A DNA stretch of 64,000 nt from Octopus vulgaris (GCA_951406725.2 OX597821.1:114886001-114950000); one strand, 5' to 3'. Positions 39,631-52,149 are shown, counted from the first letter of the stretch. The notes: a model not told the origin generated them from the letters alone. Program-made: numbers and translations.

Positions 39631-40422
39631 TTTAGTTCAGAGTCTTTATACATATCAGTATACGTGAAAACTCAAAGGGCTGATGCCCTTCTTAATGCCA
39701 GTTTTGAAACCTTAACCTTTCTCTAAAACTAACTGAATGTGTACAACGGCACAGCTCAGTGACACATCAACATTAAAACTATTTAGTTACATCGATAAAT
39801 TCTCCATCGAACATGTCGCCCTTGAGACCGAACTCGCTAGCATCACTGGCAAATGATACCACAGATTTTGGTTTCAGAGAATACAAAGATTCTTGCATTT
39901 CCCACGAGAGTTTCAAGATCTGATTATTCGTCCGCTGCAGTTCCTGCTAAAAGACTGCCATATTTTTGATTCCATACACCGTATTCCCAATTGCCCTAAA
40001 TCATATATCTCTTTTGAGATTCGTTCAAGCAGTTCTTATATCGATTTTTTGGTCAGGTAATGTTACTTTTGCATTCGGAATTCCTATATGCTGCCATTAT
40101 TTGGGGAAATTCGGCAGTCAATTTTCTTGAACAGTTTTATGAGATGTAAACCTTTATTATTTTAACGATTCGATGACTGTGGCTTCATCCTCTTAAAATT
40201 TTGGTAGATCAAAGAGGAGAAACAGAACTCAGAAGAAGAGAATACTTTCATATATATATATATATATATATAATTTTTAATCGGCAGAAGTTTACAAAAG
40301 TGAGTCAAAGACAAATCACATAGCAAATTCTGGGAAGTTCCATGCACAAAACTCTCGGCCCAAGAATCACTTTTGTCACTTTCTGCCTATTACACATACG
40401 CACATGCATACATGCATGCGCA

Positions 40423-40589
40423 CCGTATGTACTCGTGTATAAGCCGCACCCTCAATTTTGTGCTAAATGTTTATGGCAAATTATCCCTTCAACTTGCTAT
40501 CAGCTTTGCCCCTTGTATAAGTGACATCCCAGATTTTTCTGTTAAAACCAAATATAAAATAGCGCGACTTATACACGAGTAAATACGGT
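40423..40589. mobile_element. Tc1/mariner (Tc2-like) MITE; decayed relatives at 13375-13558 and 53645-53762
   Basis: TIRs CCGTATGTACTCGTGTATAAG / CTTATACACGAGTAAATACGG followed by TA. Confidence 0.7.
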
Positions 40590-40819
40590 ATGTATGTATC
40601 TTTTGTTGTCCAGTGGTGCTCGAAATGAGGAGTAGATGGGCAGCTGAGAACTAATGAAGGGTCGTTCTTTATGTTATTTGTCCTGTTTTCCATTTGTTTC
40701 CCTCGTTGTTTACGTATTGAACTCATTTGTTTTCGTATTTCATGTTGTTTACTGTTGGTGACGTCCTATACTCATTTATACATACACATTATTTATATGT
40801 GTGTATGTATGTATGCATG

Positions 40820-41325
40820 GGATCTTTTCGCTTTGACCGGCAGATTTTTAAAATAATTTCTTTGTAACTAAAAAATTTTAAACTTCGTATACTGGTAGAA
40901 TGTATTTATAAAACATATTTTTCTCTTGGCTTTCTTGAGAAAATTCTGTAGTTTGTAAGATATTTGTTGTTTATTTTCTTGCATTTCGGCAATTTCAACC
41001 AATCAATGACGTCTATTGAGGTGAAAACGATATCTGCCGTAGTGTGTCAACAACATTTTCTGGCGGTGTCATATGAAATTGTCCCTGTTATTTATGACAT
41101 ATTTCATATCAGTTACGTTCGTATGAATAAAATATTATCGTTATTAAACTTTTATTAATAAACGCATATTCTAAGTTCACAACATATGCAGTTTTAATTT
41201 CCCTCTCTGTTGCACAGATACACACATTACATATTATATATTCGTTTAAGAAACAGATTGGGTTTATTTACATTTCTGAAGAAAAGAAAAAAAGATACCC
41301 TTCCCCCCACCCCTAACCCTAACCC
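40820..41325. mobile_element. Opposite-orientation truncated copy of the TTAGGG-bearing TIR element
   Basis: Starts GGATCTTTTCGCTTTGACCGGCAG, aligns to the reverse complement of 47400-47711 and ends in CCCTAACCCTAACCC. Confidence 0.75.
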
Positions 41326-42632
41326 AATGCATGTATCTATGTATACTGACGGCGTCCTGCATTTGTCTTTCTTTTTATAATCGAGTTGATCAACGCAAAT
41401 GATTCAAACAGCTTGTGAAGCGGATTGTCAAAATCGATAAAACATCGGATCAAATTACTTTGCAGCGTTTTAGTTACCTCCCTTTACGCTCTGAGTTCAA
41501 GTCTCCGCAAGGTCGACTCTACCTTGCATCGTTCAATCAATAAAATAAGCTACTAGCTAGTACTATTTTAAAACAATTTGACGGTCCGATTTCCATTTTG
41601 TTTTTACGCACACACTAAAGAATATACATTAATATTCAATAAAATTTAAAACAATTTATTGTATTATTAGTTAAAATTTGGGGTTCGAATAGCGTTATGG
41701 TCAGGGATTAGGATTAAGATTTAGACTTTAGGATAAGGAATAGGGTTAGAGTATATAAAGTTCAAGTTAGAATTTAAAGGTTAGGGATTAGGTTTTAGAT
41801 TTTGCGACCATCAGGGAGAGACACTAACCACGAGAAAATGAAGAAAGGGGTTTGGGAACATCCACCAATGATCGAGTAACACCCTAAAGTATTGTCCAAA
41901 CGCTCGTGTTACTGTGAAACCAGTGGTGCCAACCCCAGGTCCTACTGGAAGCTGTATGGAATCAATTCTATAGGAAATCGAACCAACGACACACGATATA
42001 GAAGAAGAAAGACTAAGATGTAACTGGTGGTCCAGGTAGGTCTATGATTAATGACATTCCAGCCATAACCATCCCATCGTTATTTTCTCTTTTCAAACAT
42101 AATGGATTTAAAAATAGATTTCCGAAAATGTACTTCCTTTTTTTCTTGTTCTTTTTCATTTTTCTTTCTTGAATGGTAGGGAGTGGTTTGAAAGAGATTT
42201 AGCAACTTTTTCTAGCATATCAACTCACTACACAGAACCTTCACCACTGGTTGGTAGTTTTAAGTGCAAATGTAGTATATAAAAATTTTAGTAATACCAA
42301 ATTCGGAAACGCTATGGCGTTGAACAAAATGCTTTTCAGGATGTTGTCTCCGCTCTTTATGTTCTGCATTCAAATCCAGCTAAGGTCATCTTTACCTTTC
42401 ATCCTCCTGGGGTTGATAAAACAAGTTAACAGTGAAATGTCTCACCCCATCGTCTACTAATTTCTAGTCTTGTATTTATTTTACTAATTAATATTAGGGG
42501 TAGTTTTTGGAAAAAGAAATCCTTCAATCTTTCTTTTAGAAACATTTCCCTTCTGTTACAGCAAAATCAGTCTAACGTCATTCTATTATTCTTTCACTTT
42601 TTTCATCTATCCGAGATCGATAAAATTTGGAT

Positions 42633-42714
42633 ATGAGCCATTTTGACACAGCCGTTTGGGCGCCGCTTATCTGGTGTCGCTGTTCGATACTGGCTTATTT
42701 GACATCAGACGTTT

Positions 42715-42795
<81 letters not shown>

Positions 42796-43067
42796 GCTCT
42801 CTCACTTTCCCTCTCTCAGTATATTTCGCTTTATGTACATGATGTCACTTTCTCTTTCTCTCTCTCTCTCTTATCTGTGTGTGTATATTTCTGTGCGCAC
42901 GTGTGTGTGTATGTGTGCGTGCGTCCGTACGTATTTGTGTGTATGTATGTGTGTGTGTTTATGCGTGTTTGTGTGCGCGCGTTTACCTCCAGCACCAAAA
43001 CAGGCTGAATGTCCAGTCAGCAGTGCCAAATCGTTTGCGCCCAAACTGCTATGCCCAACTGTCTCGT
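42633..43067. mobile_element. Fold-back MITE with (CT)n/(GT)n core
   Basis: Left GAGCCATTTTGACACAGCCGTTTGGGCGC versus right GCGCCCAAACTGCTATGCCCAACTGTCTC (imperfect TIR). Confidence 0.5.
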
Positions 43068-43577
43068 TCTGATAAAATTTATGTACCTGTCAAGTAATGA
43101 CGGCAGCAAGCTATCGGCTGATTCCTTCCTCTCAAATTTGTTGGCTTCTCAATCAGAAACTACTATCATTTAATTACTTAATGTACCTAATTAACTGTTG
43201 ATTAAAGAAGTTAGTATCTAGTCTGGCATACCTACACAGTTGTGCCCCTCATAACTTTCAGAAAAATTGGATTTTTTAAAATTAAGTTTTCTACAGATAC
43301 CTTTCCGATGGGGCAGATTCCGAGATATCAGAATTTAATGTAGAAAATATTTAGCGAACGAGCACTCATACATACTAACGTCGTTATGTAACTGCACACG
43401 CACTGTTAGCGATTGCTTTTCCTTCTTTGGACTTTTCCCTTTCTCCTTTCCGACGAAGAGCTATGCTCGAAACATCAAACCCCTTCTCTTCACTGACTGT
43501 CAAACTAATACATTCCTTGTGCACATCCTCTTGTTGTCCGTTAATTTTATTATTTGAATAGATTGTTTATTTGAATT

Positions 43578-43636
<59 letters not shown>

Positions 43637-43718
43637 CGTAAATCGTCTAAAAGTTCACAACTCAGGAAAAAGATGCACTCGTATATCTGTCAATAGAATG
43701 GGTATATTATCCGAAATG

Positions 43719-43815
43719 TATCTTATCAATCGATTTCGCGCTAGGGATACCACGGAGTATTAGGTAACAATCCGATTATATAACACTACGCTCATCAGAG
43801 GTAGCCGATATGGAA
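43719..43815 (-). ncRNA. Second type I hammerhead motif, inverted partner of 43840-43945
   Basis: Minus strand: CGGCTACCT-CTGATGA-GCGTAG...CCCTAGCGC-GAA-ATC-GATT-GAT-A^AGAT. Clean stem III (AUC/GAU, GAUU loop, AUA cleavage triplet); distal stem I is lost by an indel. Confidence 0.55.
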
Positions 43816-43839
43816 TGAAATGAGCCACCATATTTCATT

Positions 43840-43945
43840 CCATATCGGCTACCTCTGATGAGCGTAGGGTTATATAACTGGATTGTTACCTAACACTCCG
43901 TTGTACCCCTAGTGCGAAACTGATTGATAAGATCAGCCGTGATGG
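43840..43945 (+). ncRNA. Type I hammerhead ribozyme motif with extended stem II
   Basis: CGGCTACCT-CTGATGA(43855-61)-long hairpin GCGTAGGG..TATAAC..GGA..TGTT/AACA..TCC..GTTGTA..CCCTAGTGC-GAAA(43916-19)-CTGATTG-ATA^AGATCAGCCG. Stem I CGGCT/AGCCG closes the motif; stem III is imperfect in this copy. Confidence 0.6.
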
Positions 43946-44097
43946 ATATATAATACTGTATACTTCGGAGAATACACACACACAAAATGAAACTTGAAAC
44001 TGTGAAAAAACATTGTTATGTATAAGTATGTTATATGGTGAGTGCGTACCCACCATTTTTTTTTTACTTTGAATTCTGATAAAATCATAATCTAAAC

Positions 44098-44662
44098 CAT
44101 AGGTTCTTAAAGTGGGTGCTACCGCCTTCGGGTGGGCGTTGAGACATTCCAGGTGGGTGCTGGTGCTGGTGGATGGAAGGGCGGTAGAGAAAAAGGAGGC
44201 GTTGGGAGGAAGGCAATGAATTGGGCAACACTATGAATTATTATAGTATTGTATAAAAATTATATAATATTATATTAAATATCAAATGATTCATAGTATA
44301 TATAAATTAGTAAAATATAAAATATTTATTTATACATAAATATAGGGGTGGGGGACTGAGGGTATTATGTGGCCATAATAGGCGAGCTAGCAGAAACGTT
44401 AGCACGCCGGGCGAAATGCGTAGCCGTATTTCGTCTGCCGTTACGTTGTGAGTTCAAATTCCGCCGAGGTCGACTTTGCCTTTCATCCTTTCGGGGTCGA
44501 TAAATTAAGTACCAGTTACGCACTAGGGTCGATATAATCGACTTAATCTGTTTGTCTGTCCTTGTTTGTCTCCTTTGTTTAACTCCTTGTGGGTTGTAAA
44601 GAAATGGGTGTTATGTGGCCATAAGGAGGGGGCGCTGGCCTAAAAAAATTTGAGAACCTCTG
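44098..44662. mobile_element. hAT (Charlie-like) non-autonomous element
   Basis: Ends CATAGGTTCTTAAA / TTTGAGAACCTCTG; exact 8-bp TSD ATCTAAAC (44090-97, 44663-70). Confidence 0.8.
44381..44610 (+). mobile_element. Family-B SINE, CpG intact, with target-site duplication, nested inside a hAT-like element
   Basis: TSD TTATGTGGCCATAA at 44365-44378 and 44611-44624. Confidence 0.88.
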
Positions 44663-44904
44663 ATCTAAACCATCTGAAAGGTATTTGTTGAAAATTTCCC
44701 TAAAGATATCCATTATTCTGTAAGTTATGAGGAAACAAAAACCAAAGGGCACACTTACGTGGCTATACAAAAACCAAAGGGCACACTTACGTGGCTATAC
44801 TTCTAGTCTAAGGCGAAATGTAACGCATTCCATCTCTATACGTTTCTGAAGTTATCCTTCGTTTTTGTATCTGGTTTGTAAGATTCCTTATCTGAATTGG
44901 TATA

Positions 44905-45121
44905 CTCTCTTACTCTCTTGCTTGTTTCAGTCATTTGACTGTGGCCATGCTGGAGCACCGCCTTTTAGTCGAGCAAATCGATCCCAGGACTTATTCTTTG
45001 TAAGCCTAGTACTTATTCTATCGGTCTCTTTTGCCGAACCATTAAGTTACGGGGACATAAACACACCAGCATCGGTTGTCAAGCGATGTTGGGGAGGCAA
45101 ACACACACAGACAAACGTATA

Positions 45122-45211
<90 letters not shown>

Positions 45212-45370
45212 TACGACGGGCTTCTTTCAGTTTCCGTCTACCAAATCCACTCACAAGGCTTTGGTCGGCCCGAGGCTTTAGTAGAAGACACTTGTCCAAG
45301 GTGCCACACAGTGGAACTGAACCCGGAACCATGTGGTTCGTAAGCAAGCTACTTACCACACAGCCACTCT
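44905..45370 (-). mobile_element. Family-A SINE, full length, CpG intact
   Basis: Best-preserved copy, with internal (CA)n(TA)n microsatellite. Confidence 0.85.
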
Positions 45371-46006
45371 CGTTTGGTCTCGGTAGAGTAGTTGTACGGT
45401 CGCAAATGCGGCGACGAAAAAGCTTCTGGAACAAATAGAAGGAATAATTAAATGAATGGAAATTGAACCGGTGAGTGTGTTATATTAGGGCACTTTGACT
45501 CTCCCCAGACACAACGAAGTTGTCTCTCTTTCCCCGGTAATTCTTAACATTCATTTTAGAAATAAAACACCTGTTTATTAAAATAGACAAAACGTAGGTA
45601 CCTTTGTTGGGTTATTTTTTAATTTCATTTAAGGTGTTGAGTGGACCTTAAGGTGTCCCCAACATTTCTTAAATTGTTTGTATCTGAGATATTCGTAACT
45701 TTATAAACATCTTTTCATTTCCTTCTTGATCTGTTATCGAGAACAAAACAGTTTTTTTTTTAAATTATCAAAGTTTGTTTCTCAATATAATAGAGTAACT
45801 CATTATTTAGTACATTTGTCAAGGAATTAACAAAAAAATCTTTATCTATTTACCATTCCCCCACGCACTTTCTGTAGAATTGTTAGTTCCAGAACTTTTG
45901 TCAGCCGAAATTGCGAGGATGATCCGGTTCTTGACTGAAGATTAAAGGCTTCCGTGTTTTTTGTATCGTCTTCTGGATGTTTTGCGTTCTTGTCCCATTT
46001 TGTATT

Positions 46007-46041
<35 letters not shown>

Positions 46042-47236
46042 GGGGGGGGGAGACATATATACACACTGACAAACAGACTCATACACATCACATCCACACC
46101 TGAACACAAAGACGCGCCATCTCACCCACATATCCACATTTACACAGTGGCATACACACTCACACATCAACACATATCTACAGTCACACAAACACATATC
46201 TACAGTCATACAAACACACAAACACAATACAAGAAAACGAAGGAAGGTGAAGTTCATTGATCTCATTAAATTTCGGAGGAGTGACGTAAATAGGCGAGGA
46301 AATACTATTAAAACGGGCCGAGTGCCAGAAAGAAGAAGAAGAAATGATTGTAGAGAGAAGAAAGAAGAGTAAAATATGTGAGTTGTAGAAGAAATAACAA
46401 CAGAATATAGACAACATACAAATACATAGACATGTACGTAGGTTGTATTTAACGCGCTTTTAACGTCTGTTCATTGTTTGTGATAGAGGAGAACACATGT
46501 AAGAGAAAACACCCACAGTTGAAGGTTGTTTAGATACGAAAGCAGTGGAACCGTAAAGTATTTTGAATAACGGTTTGTTTTTGAACAGGTGAAGATGCGT
46601 GGCCAAAATCGCACGATCGAGGTTTCGATTTCCGAGCCGGGCGATGCGTTGAATTTCGTGATCTCGGACACTTGTAACGCCATGGAAGCTGTGTAACTGA
46701 CTCTATGAGTTCTCAGGCTCAAGGCAGCCCTTTACTTTTGAGCAGGAATAAAGCACTAATAATTAAGAGATTGCGGGGAAAAACGAAGGGCCGACAGAAT
46801 TGTGAGCATCTCCGACAAAACTGTTCAGTAGTATTGCTTTAGCCCTTTACGTTCTGAGTTCAAATTCCGCTAAAATTAACTTTGGCTTTCATCCATTCAG
46901 GGTCCGAAAAATAAGCTCCATTTGAATGCAGTCAACAGTCCCCCAACTTCCCCTCAAAACTGTAGGCCTTGTATCAAAATTAGAAAGATTTTAGAAATAC
47001 TGAAATCTGATTCTGTGATATCCATGCGTTTTTCTGAAATAGTATTTCACCAAACCTCGTTATTATAAAAGTTATTGATTAAAGTTCAAGGCCAGTAATT
47101 TTCTTTTGAGGACACGGGTAGTTGATCGATTACATGGACTCCAGAACTTGAACGGTGTTTTATTTTATCGATTACCAGAGGGATGAAAAGCACAGTTGAC
47201 CTCTGCGAGATTTTGAACGTTAAGAATCGGAACAAA

Positions 47237-47711
47237 GGATCTTTTCGCTTTGATCGACAGTTTTTTCTAGCGGTATCATATGAAATTGTTACCCATAATT
47301 ATGACCCTAGTATCGATCTATTGCATTTCAATCTATTTTAGGGTTAGGGTTAGAGTTAGGGTTAGTTAGGGCTAGTTAGGGTTAGGGTTAGGGTTAGGGG
47401 TGAGGGGACGGGTATCTTTTTTTCTTAATAAATGTAAATAAACCCAATCTGTTTCTTAAACGAGGGACAATTTCCTATATCACCACCAGAAAATGTTTAC
47501 GGAGAGAATGTTTTCACCTCAATAGACGTCATTGATTGGTTGAAATTGCAGAAATGCAAGAAAATATCTTACGAATATCTTACAAACTACAGAATTTTCT
47601 CAAAAAAGCCAAGAAAAAAAGATGTTTTATAAACACATTCTACCAGTATACAAAGTTTAAAAGTTACATGGAAATTATTTTTAAAAACTGCCGGTCAAAG
47701 CGAAAAGATCC
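47237..47711. mobile_element. TIR DNA element carrying internal (TTAGGG)n, inserted into a family-B SINE
   Basis: TIRs GGATCTTTTCGCTTTGATCGACAG / CTGCCGGTCAAAGCGAAAAGATCC; flanks GGAACAAA / AGAACAAA (8-bp TSD, one mismatch); TTAGGG run at 47338-47399. Confidence 0.8.
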
Positions 47712-47797
47712 AGAACAAATACTGCAAAGCATTTATTTTTATGCAATAATAAATCTCTGAGCGAGATGTAAACAGTAGCAGCACGACATCGTGAAGC

Positions 47798-47979
47798 ATA
47801 TTTGCTGCCTAAATGTGGCTGACCCATAGGAGACGATGCTACTGTTGTTTATAGCCCCAGAAAGACATCGCCTCCAGGTGGTTAACGACACACTGCCGGC
47901 TGGAGGAGATGTCTTCCTGAGGCTATAAACAACAGTAGCATCGTCCCCTATGTGTCAGCCACATTTAGGTAGCAAATAT
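47798..47979. repeat. Inverted repeat with 80-bp arms and a 22-nt loop
   Basis: 47798-47877 is the near-exact reverse complement of 47900-47979. Confidence 0.9.
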
Positions 47980-48024
47980 ACATTTGTCGCCAACTCCTTA
48001 CGTGCACTCGTTTAACCCTACATA

Positions 48025-48243
48025 TCCTTTCTACTATAGACAGACACAAGGCCTGAAATTTTGGGAGCGGAGGTTCAGTGGATTACATCGACCCCAATAA
48101 TCAACTGGTACTTATTTTATCGACTGCGAAAAGGTGAAATACAAAGTCAACCTCGGCAGAATTTGAAATCAGAGAGTAAAGACGGACGAAATGCCGCTGA
48201 GCATTTTGCCCGGCGTAATAACAATTCTAACAGCTCGCCGCCT
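48025..48243 (-). mobile_element. Family-B SINE
   Basis: Reverse complement of the 44381 copy. Further copies lie near 1850, 16955, 25930, 37470, 41410, 42290, 46785 and 47085. Confidence 0.78.
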
Positions 48244-49556
48244 AACCACCATCGATATATAAAATTGATTTCTTAAAAAGAAACGAGGTCAATGTTGGAG
48301 TAAATGCCAATAGAATGGAGGTCACTGACCGCCATGAACTCATTTAGGGACCCCTGTGTAATAAAAGACAACAAAAAAAAGATCGACGCTGTCGGTTTTC
48401 ATCTTCGAAACTAGAAAGAAGGAACCTATTACCACGAAACGCCCGGTTCAACACTCCACAGTCTCTCGGCCAACTTGCTGCCCTACTTATGAGTATTGAT
48501 TCCCTCTATTGATATTTACCAGAGAGATTTGTCGGCGATATATTGGGTCGATTAAATTGACATTAGTATATACCTGGTACTTATTTTAAGTCAGCTCTTG
48601 TGAAATTTGATCCCAGATCTCAGGAGAACAAAGCTAAATACTGTAACAATACCCTACCATCGTCTTTATGAGATTTGTGACATTGATTCGTGACACTGGG
48701 ACAGGGCCTCGGGTTTGGATGTGAGTATAGTCGATTAAATCTATCACACAGTACTGTAAATATTCAACACTGTTTTGTGATCAATAATGTCGCTCATTTC
48801 ATGTTTTCAATGAACCATTCACTGGTTCACGGCTTTTCTGATAGCAAGAGTGACAAAGTGTTATCTGGGAAGAGCTTATCGATGAAGCCAACGAGAGGAA
48901 ACGTACTAAATATCAGGAACCAGAGAAGAGCCAAGACAGATACTGGAAAGCAGCTTTAAGAGGTGGGTTGTTGAGGCTTTGCAGGACACTCTGCTCAGTA
49001 AAGTTCAAGACCAGATGGGCTTAGTTGGGATGGTGGAAAAAGCGAGGGCCATTCAGTTTGTAAAGTGACGGCGCAGAGAAAGTCACGTGGTGGCTTTGGA
49101 TTAAAAGAGCTATTCCACGAAATATTCATACTGAGAAGCAAGTCGGATTCTATTGAACCCCGTTTGAGCTTATCTAGGTAAGGTTGATCTGATATTGAAA
49201 ACTCTGAAACACCTGATGACTCTAGATTACATCATTGACGATGTTTCCCAACTCATCCCGATGTATCTTGCACACGTCATCGTCGTTGTTTCAATGTCCA
49301 CTATTTCATGCTAACTTAGAAAGACCCCAGTCACATCAAGCAAGAGCATAGAGCCAAGCCAAGCCATGGGTCAGTTAGAAATTGTTGAAAACTATTTTCT
49401 ACAACCAAATGCCTTTCCTGTCGCCAACCTACAACCGTTTCCATGTAAGATAATATTTTCCTAAGTCCTTCCATTGCGAAGAGCACAATGGCTGGGAAGA
49501 TTTCGCAGAAGATTGAAGACAATTATTGTATGACGGCGACATTCGTTTAAAACTTC

Positions 49557-49559
49557 TAT

Positions 49560-49632
<73 letters not shown>

Positions 49633-49659
49633 CATCCATCCATCCATCTATCTACCTAC

Positions 49660-49709
<50 letters not shown>

Positions 49710-49806
49710 CTCTCTATATATCTATCTATCTATCTATCCATCCATCCATCTATCTTATCCACCCACCCACCTACCTACCTACCTACCTACCTACCTACCT
49801 ACCTAC

Positions 49807-49841
<35 letters not shown>

Positions 49842-49870
49842 CCTATCTATCTACCTACCTATCTATCTAC

Positions 49871-49925
<55 letters not shown>
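49557..49925. repeat. (CTAT)n/(CCAT)n/(CTAC)n compound microsatellite
   Basis: Seen directly. Confidence 0.95.
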
Positions 49926-49926
<1 letters not shown>

Positions 49927-50416
49927 ATGAATCCAAAACAGTTAGAAAGAATACGGAGACTGGTGCATCTTCAAATTTATCTTTTAATTTTTGCAGCAGC
50001 GTTATTGGTTAAAATGACCGACACGTGTTTCTACTGCACAGAGAATATGAAGTTGCATATACTACCCACTGTATACCTGGACTATACCTGAGAGCTCCTA
50101 CGATACCTGCCTCCATAATTTATCCCTAGATACTCATCGCATATATATATATATATACAAATTGAGATAGGGGTTGCAAATTCAACCCACCAGGTGTGGT
50201 TTAATAAATATGATCCAGTATTATCTGCTAATTGTGATTTAAGTAACTCATTCATCTTGTATTAGTTTTGTTAAAACATATATTTTTATGAATTGATTTA
50301 ATCCCATTAATGTTCTTATGTAGTGGTTCAATAAAGATATATGATTGGGTATTATCTGGTAGTTGATAAATGATTTAGATGTATTTCTATTTATCTATAT
50401 TTTGTATATATATATA

Positions 50417-50967
50417 AAGAGGAAAACAATTAGTTTTAAATCACTGAGCGAGAAATATGCAGTAACAGTACTGGATAGTAAAGTCTATTTGCCAACGTAA
50501 CGTGGCAGTCCTGCTTAGGACGATGTTACTACCGTTTAGCCCCAGGCAAACATCTCCAGTTCGCTAGCGACACATCATTTGTGTCCGTATACTGTGAGCA
50601 AGGGAGCTGATACTCCCCTTTCAGCCTTAGCGATACATGCAGACAAATGGTTTCTGGGTTATTTCTCTTTCTTGGTGCAGGACAATCTCTGGCTAGAAAT
50701 GGCAGTGACTTCACTATCCAGTATTGTTACTACATATTTCTCGCTCAGAGATTTAAAACTGATTGCTTTTCTTCTTACGAGATCAATGACTGTGTGTTAC
50801 TTTAAAACTATATACTGTGAGTGAGGTGAGTCGCTACCATCTCTAGCCAGCGACTGTCCTGCACCGAGTAAGGGAAATAACCCAGGAACCATTGGTCTGC
50901 ATGCATCGCTAAGGCTGAAGGGGGGAGCGTTAACTCCCTTGCTCACAGTGTACGAACACAAATGATG
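50417..50967. repeat. Interleaved inverted repeats (A..B-A'..B') of an unclassified element family
   Basis: 50417-50492 is inverted at 50701-50773, and 50573-50715 is inverted at 50822-50967. Confidence 0.75.
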
Positions 50968-51164
50968 TGTGTATGTATGTATGATTTTTCTTTGAGTTTT
51001 ATTTAAGTTCTTTTTAAGAGAGTTCAAAATGACAAGTCTTTTCGAGTTTAAAAAGTTTCCGATTTTTGTAAATACTAAGTTGAGTTTGTGCGTTGGTTGA
51101 ACTGGCGATTCATACATTCAAGCGCGTGCATCTATTCACTTAAAGAATCTCAGAGGGAGAATCT

Positions 51165-52080
51165 TTGGAATGTCTCACAGATCTTCACTGTGTCACTAAT
51201 AAATTGGACCTGAAGAATCCGCGTCAGTTTCTTTTGCTCTTTTTCTGTGAAACTGAATATTTCTAAGTTTTTGTATGCAAATTTCTTAGTACATAACCTA
51301 ATGTACCCATGGTGATAGGTACAAATAAGAACTCATAATCAGGATACAAGCGCTGTAAGTTCTGCATTTATTCACCATAAATGTTCTCTTTTTCCTGGGC
51401 TTTTGATTGTACATTCACATCCGTTCATGTTCCCTGTCCCACAGAACATTACGGGGTCTGTTATGTCTTCACCGAATTAGGTTGTTCCACTAATATTCCT
51501 AGTTTTTAAAGGTATGAATACCTGTTGGTTCTGATATACCTTTGATATATCCGTCAGAGCAATCCTTCCTAAAGATGGCATTGTAAATAGTCTTTACAAG
51601 TATTTATTAGCTGTCCCTTGTTCCTGGCTAGCAAAGGCATATCCTTCTAGGTGGTATCTAATGTATCTATCGAAGGTCCACGAGAAGCTATTCTTCCTGT
51701 CGATGCAGCTGTTGTCATCTGGTTTACGGAATATGCATTCATGCCATGCATTGTGTGTGTGTGCGGGGCGTGAATGTATGTAACAGGAGTATGGTGGTAA
51801 ATCCATTAATCCTAATCTCAATTTCCGATTTAAATTTAAATAATTTTTGGAAAAAATAAATAAATAATACCATTCTGAATATTTGGTGTTCAAAACATGA
51901 AAATCTGAACACTGTTTAAAGATAGAGCGGTATAATGACAAATTTAGCGAATGAGTTTGTGTAGCGTTCAAAAATTCATTCTAAAACGAATAATTATCGC
52001 TTTTTATTTCCTTCGGGTTCAATTTATTATTTCTAGAAAGTAGGGGTCTACAACGTGAGGTCCTTAAGGTCGTTAATTCT
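51165..52080 (-). mobile_element. Decayed R4-like LINE, same family as 3120-3660
   Basis: Minus peptides HLEGYAFASQEQ, HNRP..VLWDRE, ENIYGE..NLQRLYPDYEFLFVPITMGTLGYV and ILQVQFISDTVKICETF parallel the 3.1-kb fragment. Confidence 0.7.
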
Positions 52081-52149
52081 ACAGATCTTTCACAAGTTTG
52101 AGGTATGTAGGGAAATTAATTTATATAAAATATCGCCTTGATATTGAAG

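Noticed and set aside
45895-45955. Permuted hammerhead (GCCGAAA ... CTGAAGA)
   Set aside because: Could not build stems I-III convincingly.
47338-47399. True telomere or chromosome fusion site
   Set aside because: Short array enclosed by transposon TIRs and TSD.
49205-49250. Hammerhead at CTGATGA 49213
   Set aside because: No stem II closed by a downstream GAAA.
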